From Acanthaster planci (Eukaryota): a DNA stretch of 64,000 nucleotides. Numbering within the stretch: the stretch's first letter is position 1; every line of letters begins with the position of its first letter. Positions 56,401 through 64,000 of the stretch are shown in pieces. Location of the stretch: positions 1,116,961 through 1,180,960 of the forward strand of contig NW_019091358.1 of NCBI RefSeq assembly GCF_001949145.1, given 5' to 3'. The notes beneath the pieces were generated by a model. That model did no database searches. It was not told the DNA's origin and was given only the letters and a program-made list of their open reading frames with translations. The translations under genes were made by a program, and so were the position numbers.

Positions 56401-59400
56401 GACATTGTGCCCAAGCATCTTTGATTTTGTTCGGACAAACAAGGACAAGCTCGGAAAATGTCCGATGTCTGACTGTAATTTCACGCTTTGATATCACATT
56501 AGAAACACATGAAAAACAGCGTATATGTACCTGACATTTCCCATTTTATAACTCGGACGTGGCTTACGGCGTGATCTGCTCAAGCATATGGCCCCAAAGA
56601 ATGAGCTGGCGAAGATACTTACCTTCTTCTGTTTCTGTGGTCTGAGAACCCTGTCTGCAAAAACACAGAACTGTGGAAAATCCTTTCCGTTTGAAGTTCA
56701 CCAAGTTTCTGACTCTAAAAGCCATAGTGCCGTGCTTTCTAAACCGCAACAGACAGCAAGACAGCTGAAATGGGAACCTCGCTGAATGCTACAGAATGCA
56801 TCAAAGTGCACTGGTGGAGTTTGTGGTCCTGTGTAAAGTGCTCCTGAGGAACACCTGCCTTAACCTTGACAAGTTGTAAAGGGTACTCTGAAACTTATGT
56901 TCACTACCATCCTTTCACCGCTGACGCATTCTGTTGCATGTAGAGGGCATGGGGCATATGAAACAGCTGAACCATCTTGATCTCTTGTTATGTATGGAGC
57001 AGGTTGGCGTCGACCACCACTGCTGTGACCCAGAGCTCTTACAGCACCCAGGCGCAGTCTCGCATTGGCCCCGCAGCCAAAGCGGACAATGAGTTCCGCA
57101 CGGTGCTACGGCGTCTGGACGACATGGTGCGCAGGACGGGCCGAATCACCAAGAACCAACTGATGTTGGTCTTTGACGAAGTCTGCAAGATGGGTGAGGC
57201 CTGGCTAGAACACAGTGTTAACACTTGGGAGAGGTTTGGAGGGGTCGTTTTGTAGGCCCAAAGGGGACTTTTCTGTCGATGTCTTGTTTGAAAAAAGTCT
57301 CAAACTTTGGAGCCAAATGGTCAAAAATGAAAGTGGCGTATTTTGACGAGAAAGTGGAATGAGCATAAATGAGTGAAAAGAGTAGTTTGCTCCTTTTCTA
57401 AGAGCACTTTATCACTATCTGATAAAGTTCAGAAGTAACGATGACCCTATATAGCCCGCTTTGACGTCCCGTACATGTATAAGTGTGCTTGGCAAAAACA
57501 GTGAACAGTTCCTGGAAATTCTTCTAGAGAGATTGAAGTTGGTTTACTAGTATACCCCATATTTATGCACACTAGAGGAAAAAAATGAAATTAAAATTAA
57601 TGGGCAGAAAATCTTTCTTGTGAAAAAGTTAACTTTTTTCTAGAATGTGTCAAAAATATATTAATTTTCAGTTTCTTTATTCTTCCAATTCATTCCAAAA
57701 GTCATTGCCAACAAGTGGTTTATTTCCAGCATTGTTCTAAACTTCATACACTTGTATTAGAAACAAAAGCAACAGAAAGATAAAAAGAATGGACACATCA
57801 TGGTCTTGTCACAGACTCACAGACAGTAACTGAAATTTCACAGGAACAGCATCCCCTAACCAGGCCCTTCTTCTCCTCCGGAGCTGTGGGTCTCTGCTCC
57901 CAGAAGTGCCCCTGAGTGAAAGGACGGAGTTGGTGCACAAGATCTGGGACAGGCTAGCCAGCATGGGTAAGAGGGCTAAACCTGTGGTGTGCAGAGAGTG
58001 ACGGTTTTTGTGTGGCTTGTTTTTCCGCATTTGTGGCCCTATGCAACAAAATGAGCCAGAGGTCGCAGAGCCATTTTTCGGCATGGAGGTTGTGGAAAGA
58101 ATCTTGCACTTTGTAAATCAGCGAGAAAGCTGAGAAAGTTTTTCACCCGTATAATGTTCATTTTTATCAGCCTGCCAAACTGAGTGATACATCAAAACAA
58201 GGAACCCAGGGGCGGCTGTAAGACCCTTAACCCAACCCCCCTCGGGTGTATGTAAAATCATTGAAATCATCAGGGAGATAGACATCGTGAATCAAGGAGA
58301 TAGACATTGACAACAGGCTGTTCAAATTTCCCTGTATTGTCGCTTTTTATTATGAAAGTCTGGATGATGGAGACAGTTCTTTGAAGCTTAGACATAAATT
58401 TAAGCAAACTTTGTCTTTGCCAGCTGTTACACTCCTCTTTAATATAATTTTTATTTTTTTTGTAATTTGGCCTTTGGCCACGAGAGTAAATTAAGGGGAA
58501 AATATGTATGTCTGAGTGCAGTGTCACTTGCTATCAACAGGTGTAACCTATGATGTCAGCCACTACAATGCACTTCTCAAGGTGTACCTGCAGAACGAGT
58601 ACAACTTCTCACCCACAGAATTCCTTGCCAAAATGGAGTCCAAGTCAGTGGAACCAAACAGGGTAAGTTGGCTTCTCAATCACAGGCAATAATGTGATGT
58701 ATAAGCTGGGATTTTTTTAACATAGCAAGACACACCCATTGACATTTGTGAATTCAAAAATATTGTTTCTCAAAGTGGGATGGATTTGCCCCATCTTACT
58801 CCCTGTAAAAAAATTCTCTTAAAAAACAAGAATAACTGTAAGTAAAGAAATCAAAGCATTCAAAGAGTTCAGTTCAGCAAGAGCCTGTCATTATGACTAA
58901 ACACTTGTTAGAGTTAAATTTCTAAGGAGCTGCAAAAATGGCACTGAAAACAAATGAATTTTAAAGGACTCACCTGACTTCAAGCTAAATTATTTTCCTG
59001 GCAGGCCCATTGCGAGTTCGCCAGTGGGTGCTCAGGTAAGGTACAACAGGTTGCTTGCTAGTTGTATGGTCAACACACAAGGCAAACCACAGGTGTGTTT
59101 TCCTAGAAAGATAATAGTGTAAGAGTTTCTGCCTGTATTGGCAAGTCCAGCGAGGTATATTGCAGGTAGAACAATCATATTATCCATTATATTTTTCCAA
59201 AATAGGCTTTAGTAAATGATGCATTGTTATTTATGTGCAGTTTTGGTTGGGGTTAATTTTTCCTCCAACTTCTGTTTGCTGATGTTGGGCGTAGGTGACA
59301 TACCAGAGATTGATCAGCGCTTACTGTCTCCTTGGCGATATTCCAGGAGCTACAAAGATCCTAGAGTTCATGAAGATAAAGGAACTGCCTGTCACCGAGG

Positions 59401-62400
59401 GTGTCTTCAACTCTCTCATCACGGGGCACGCGAGAGCAGGGTGAGGCTGATACAAAAAATTAAGATAATTTCCCCTCCCCCCAAAAGGGAAGAAGTTTGT
59501 GTGGGACCTTAGTATGGTACCTGCGCTCCTCATGTGAGTTTTGTACTTAGTTTGAAGAGCCTAAAATTGGTACTTTTAATGCCAGCTGGGGGGAAATCTA
59601 TGCATGTATTGCTTGCTCCTGACATGTTGATTGTAGTGATAAGTATTGCATTCTCTTGCTTTTCTGTGGATGGATTATCTTTGAAAAGGCTGTTAAAAAT
59701 GAGCATGTTGACAGTTTAAAACCCGTTTGATTTTGTGAAGAGGCAAAAAATGAAAAATGCTCCGTAGTGAATTTTAAATACAGTGTGGCTTTGGTTTCTT
59801 TTTTCTGTTTGCAGGGACATGGAAAATGCTCGTAATATTCTTGATGTCATGAGGTATGCATTGTGATTATTTCATTGCTAAAACAGAGTGGATGGTGCTG
59901 TATCCCCCAGTAATCCTGTCTTGCTGAACCCCCACTGAGATTTTTGAGTGCAAAATGACAGGCCAAATAGAGACAAAAGTGTTGTTGAGGACGGTGATTG
60001 CAAAATTCAAGTTAATTTGATAACTGAATTACTGACTGCAGCAAAGAAAATGTTATTCCACTTGATATTTGTGTTCTGTTGGAAGAAAAGACTATTCCAA
60101 ACATGCAGTAAGACCAGGCCTTCAGACTATTTTGTTAGTGTGAGGATGGTTTTAAGGTTGTAATGTCCCCATACTTACAGCAGAAGAAGAGCTTGGAGTT
60201 TTCCACATTGACCTGAGTATTGTATCAAGGGGGTACATTCCTCAAGCACTGATACATCAAGTAGGTTTTGGGTGGGCAGGAAAGTGATTGTTGGAAAGTT
60301 GAGTTGAATCTTTTCAGTGATCCTTGCTTCCTTGGCCTTTTTGATTGCGTGCAACCTTTATCCTACAAAAGCCTCTCTTATTTCTTGAATGTTTTCCTTG
60401 GAGTGGCCATTGCTTCAATCCTTCAAAATCTTCTGGCAACATCTGTCAACATGTGGCATTGTGAATGAGATCGCGGACCAGTGTAGGCAGTTTGAGTATA
60501 ATCTCAGCTTGTGCGTGCAGGGCCAAGCACGAACAACACAAGGTCCAGCCCAAGAACTGGACACAGTACATCCTCCAAATTGTCCTCAGTCCTTGAAAAT
60601 TCTCCAGTGCCACGCAAGGAAGATTTTGGGGGATTTTTATAGGTCAGGAGCAGTGAAGCTTCTTAAGCCCAGCTTTCTTACAGGAATGGCTTCCCTTGCT
60701 CAAGAAGCTCCAACGTCTGGGATGAGCAAGCTGTTGCCATCGTTTGAGTTGTTTCATAGAATCTCATGAACTCTTTGAGATTCCTCTGTTTCCTTGGTCT
60801 TGTAGGAATGTTGGACTGGAGCCCAGTCAGGACACGTATTCCGCTCTGATGTGTGCTCTGGCTGAGAAGGGAGACATCGAAGGCATTGAAGAGGTGAGTT
60901 GGAAACTTGCAGCAGGATTAGGCAGTGAGTTATGGGTGAATTGTTTTGCGTGATAACAGGATTCGCTCACAATTTCTTGTGAAATATTGTTTCTACTTGA
61001 GAGAAGAGAGGGTTGGTTGACATTGTCATATTTTTAAGTTACTCTGGAAATTCCAAGGTTATATTGTATGTCTGTGAAGTGGAAATATTGGCAATGTTTG
61101 TGCAAGTTATTTTCTTGATTTTGCAAGAATTATTTATTCTTATATCATTGTCATGCCAGGCTGTTCCACAGTTTTCAAATGAATTAATTTGAATGAATTA
61201 AACACTGTGCGTAATAAACAGTGTGTCTGAATAATGATTCATCAGATCTTCAAACATGAATATTCAATAGGTGATTCAGGAGGCAGAGTCCCAAGTGGGT
61301 GAGATTGCAGACCGGTACTACCTGAGTGTTGCCTACAGCCTTGCCACATCAGGCCATGAACAGCACCTCCCCAAGGTGAATAAGACTTCCCCATCGCAGA
61401 AAGGGGTTATTAAGTCCTTAAAGGGCACCTCTAAGGAAAACATGTTTTCTCTGATTTTATCTGTTCAAATAAATATAGAAGCATCCAAATTGAACGCAGT
61501 GTCATTTGTCTTTATAAACGTTGGATGTTCACTTTCTGATATCCACACTGTTGATTTCCGAAATCGAAAAAGGTGAAAATGAGCTGTTTGTCCAAGCTTT
61601 GGTTGGCAAATGTCTTGAGATCCTGTTCTGGGTGTTACTGCTTGCATGCAACTTTATATCTACATGTGTGTGCCTGGTGCAAGATGCCAGCCGAGCCCAG
61701 CGATATCCACCTTAGTAGACTTTGTAAAATTTGGTAGGATTTGGCATTTGTTTTACCCATTTCCGGAGGTGGAGTTTGTTGTAATAAGTTGGATGTGTTT
61801 AAAGGAAACCTGCAGGGTGTTAGTCGCACAGAAATATTCTTAAAACTGAAAAATTACTACTTTTTGAAAAACCAAAGATTTTAATTTTGAAGATGAGTTT
61901 TATGTGTCTCAGTGATTATTTTTTGCTCTGTGTACAAGTTCCCTTTTTTCCAGAATAGAACCACTCGTTGGAAATGATTTTCATAACTTTGTTTGTTTCC
62001 TGCCAGATTTTGGAAAGAATACGACTTGGTGTTGGATTTATTCCAGGTGAGTAAATTGCAATCCATGCCTATTCCAACGATCTACTAACTGATCTTTTGT
62101 TGAAGGATTCCCCTTAACTTTCCCCAAAAGCCACGTTCAGCTGGCATGAAATCTACCCACTGAAGTTCCATTCAGAAAAATTGAACTCTGGGTAGCCTTG
62201 TCATTGAGGTTCGCTCCAAAATGTAACTTTCTTTCATATCCATTAGAATTTTTGTAGATGGTTGACCAGACCTTTCTGAAGCTGTGTACCTTTATTCTGA
62301 CGTTCCTGTCCATTCACCTCTTCAGATACCATCAACCTATCACTCAGTCTCATCACCCAAGGGCAGATAGAAGCAGCCTTCTCCGTCCTCAAGCTATTCA

Positions 62401-63785
62401 GTCTCCGCCAAGTAGCGACCATTCCCAGCACCGAGCCTCCCAGTCAAGGCAGCTTCTTCATCGACACCCTGGTGCAACTCGGAACGGTGAGTATTGAAGT
62501 GTCGCGGAGAGTGTGAGATTTGTGTGTTCGGTCAAGAGATTCCTTTAAGCCACTTTGCCACCGAGGGTTGTATAAACCATCTTTCCATCGGTGTGGACAC
62601 GGCTGATGGGTTTAACCACGATACACAACCCAACTTGTCTTGGGGGGGGGTTGACTCAGTAGCGTATATTGTTACGTTAGCATGCCATACAGTGTTCACA
62701 TTTATGGAGTTTACAGTAAAACATTTCATACAAATAGTCTTGAAATGACTCTGACAAGTCAGTGCTTGTGGTGTGTGGCTGTACATCAAACGTTGGCCAC
62801 TGTCACGCCTTTTTTGAAAATTGAAATTCCCGGCCAAAATAACACTGTTCCCAAGTGCTTAATGTAGTAATAATAATCAGAGCGTTTATAAGGCATACAA
62901 TACTCAAAAGTGCTGATGTCTTAACCACTCTCTCCAATGAGTTTTGAGTGTTAAGTCCTCCTCTCCTGTACAGATATAATGCAAAATTTTGACAAAAGTG
63001 GGAGTTGGACCCAAACTCCAGAAATGGCCGTTCCCCTGTTTGACCAACCGTGCTTGCTGTGTTGTCATGGCAACCCATTACATCAGTGTCTTCGTTTTTA
63101 GGGCGTTCATTGCAGGTGGCACCTTAAAGAAGTGTTGCGATTGAGTTCTTTCACTGAGGCATGATTCAAGCTACAAAGCTCGAGTTACTTGCTGTTACTC
63201 CGACTCTGGCAAGCGTTGATTGTGCTATTTTTTTGTGGGATGTGAAAATGAACACATGCATACATGTACTTGTTTAAAACGAAGGGACTCAAGCCGTGAA
63301 TTAAAATGGGACGCCGGTATCTGGATAACAAACCTGTCTTCTTGTCAGGATGCTGTACATGTCATTTTTGTCCTAATTCGAACAATTCTTGATTGAAAGA
63401 CATATATTTGTCATGTGCAACATCTTTTGACAGTGATTGTGTTCATTTTTTTAATTTGCGTATTTCGATTTGCAAGAGTTAACATGTCCCCACTGCAGCA
63501 TCAGCATCTTGACATCATCTTGACAGCAGAAGCCTGACATCAAATCCGAATTTGCCTCAATCGCAAAAGACCTGGTCTGTGAGCAACAGAGAAACCACAC
63601 CCGTTGCCGTGCTTGCCGAAACCTGGCTTTCCTTTTGAAAAACCCAATCCTTTCTTTGGTCTTGCAGCCCCACGAGACGCTGTTCCATTATCTAGACACC
63701 ATGATAAGCGAAGGTCTACATGCCACACCGTACATCGTAGCATTGCACGTTGCTCTCAGGAACCAGGGAAGCGTTGTCACTCACG
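53313..63785 (+). CDS. LRPPRC: LRPPRC, mitochondrial leucine-rich pentatricopeptide-repeat protein; first 11 coding exons, 3'-partial (about 426 codons in window)
   Basis: Spliced translation contains [62 protein letters not shown] and GHARAGDMENA, which I recognise from vertebrate LRPPRC. The Arg/Ser/Leu-rich, acid-poor N-terminus fits a mitochondrial presequence. Confidence 0.95.
53891..55725. mobile_element. Palindromic (foldback) element in LRPPRC intron 1, split by a nested insertion
   Basis: 53891-54052 is a clear inverted repeat of 55564-55725; weaker symmetry continues to about 54132 / 55462; TA at both outer ends. Confidence 0.8.
54148..55436. mobile_element. Non-autonomous hAT-like element, 1289 bp, nested in the foldback element
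   Basis: TIRs ttagcctgttcgatat / atatcgaacaggctta; 8-bp TSD gttaggag (54140-54147) / gttgggag (55437-55444); subterminal gatat/atatc repeats. Confidence 0.75.
57003..57193 (+). CDS. LRPPRC: LRPPRC exon 2
   Basis: ...[33 protein letters not shown]; phase 2-1. Confidence 0.9.
57844..57966 (+). CDS. LRPPRC: LRPPRC exon 3
   Basis: [33 protein letters not shown]; phase 1-1. Confidence 0.93.
58541..58662 (+). CDS. LRPPRC: LRPPRC exon 4 (PPR)
   Basis: [38 protein letters not shown]; gtaagt donor; phase 1-0. Confidence 0.95.
59295..59440 (+). CDS. LRPPRC: LRPPRC exon 5 (PPR)
   Basis: [48 protein letters not shown]; phase 0-2. Confidence 0.95.
59815..59853 (+). CDS. LRPPRC: LRPPRC exon 6 (39-nt micro-exon)
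   Basis: [12 protein letters not shown]; tttgcag acceptor, gtatgc donor; phase 2-2. Confidence 0.9.
60806..60893 (+). CDS. LRPPRC: LRPPRC exon 7 (PPR)
   Basis: [29 protein letters not shown]; phase 2-0. Confidence 0.93.
61271..61375 (+). CDS. LRPPRC: LRPPRC exon 8
   Basis: [35 protein letters not shown]; phase 0-0. Confidence 0.88.
62007..62046 (+). CDS. LRPPRC: LRPPRC exon 9 (40-nt micro-exon)
   Basis: [13 protein letters not shown]; ctgccag acceptor, gtgagt donor; phase 0-1 bridges exons 8 and 10. Confidence 0.85.
62326..62486 (+). CDS. LRPPRC: LRPPRC exon 10
   Basis: [22 protein letters not shown]...[13 protein letters not shown]; phase 1-0. Confidence 0.9.
63668..63785 (+). CDS. LRPPRC: LRPPRC exon 11 (gene continues past the window)
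   Basis: [30 protein letters not shown]; ttgcag acceptor, gtgagc donor. Confidence 0.87.
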
Positions 63786-64000
63786 GTGAGCCCCAGAACT
63801 GCCTCACAGTCTTGGACATAGGTGGTTGAATGCCGACATGCTAAATACGTGCCTTGTTCACAACGCTCCTTCAAAGCAGAAGATTCTGCCTTACACATTT
63901 TCTCACCAAGCAAAACTTAGGCTGCATCCGAATCTGTTGTCTAGGGCTACGTCTAATTCTTTGCTCCATTGAAAATGTGCGGAAACGCGTAGACAATAGA

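Noticed and set aside
1..64000. Frequent TACATGTA palindromes
   Set aside because: Scattered with no positional pattern; this looks like a genome-wide compositional feature, not a locus-specific signal.

Overview
Eukaryotic (animal) genomic DNA with GT-AG introns, three N gaps and many short interspersed repeats. The SINE types and composition suggest an invertebrate deuterostome, possibly an echinoderm (inference only). Three + strand genes can be assembled by hand from splice sites and reading phase. (1) The 3' part of a very large papilin-like ECM gene: 34 coding exons at 2835-38348, about 2,230 codons, 5' end upstream of the window. Domain order is TSP1 x6, papilin Cys-repeat x2, Kunitz x5, thyroglobulin type-1 (TY) x5, five alternating Kunitz/TY pairs with one Ser/Thr/Pro-rich spacer, papilin Cys-repeat, Ig x3, PLAC. 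(2) A two-exon F-box/LRR gene at 42644-49142, about 707 aa. (3) The first 11 coding exons of LRPPRC (mitochondrial PPR protein), from 53313 to beyond the window end. The most notable observation is the papilin inhibitor array: 10 Kunitz and 10 TY modules, each on its own phase 1-1 exon, with a visible 4-exon higher-order duplication and diversified Kunitz P1 residues. Introns carry two tRNA-derived SINE families, TTAA-flanked piggyBac-type MITEs, hAT-, Harbinger- and Tigger-like MITEs, and a nested hAT-in-foldback insertion in LRPPRC intron 1. All exon models are manual predictions without transcript support.
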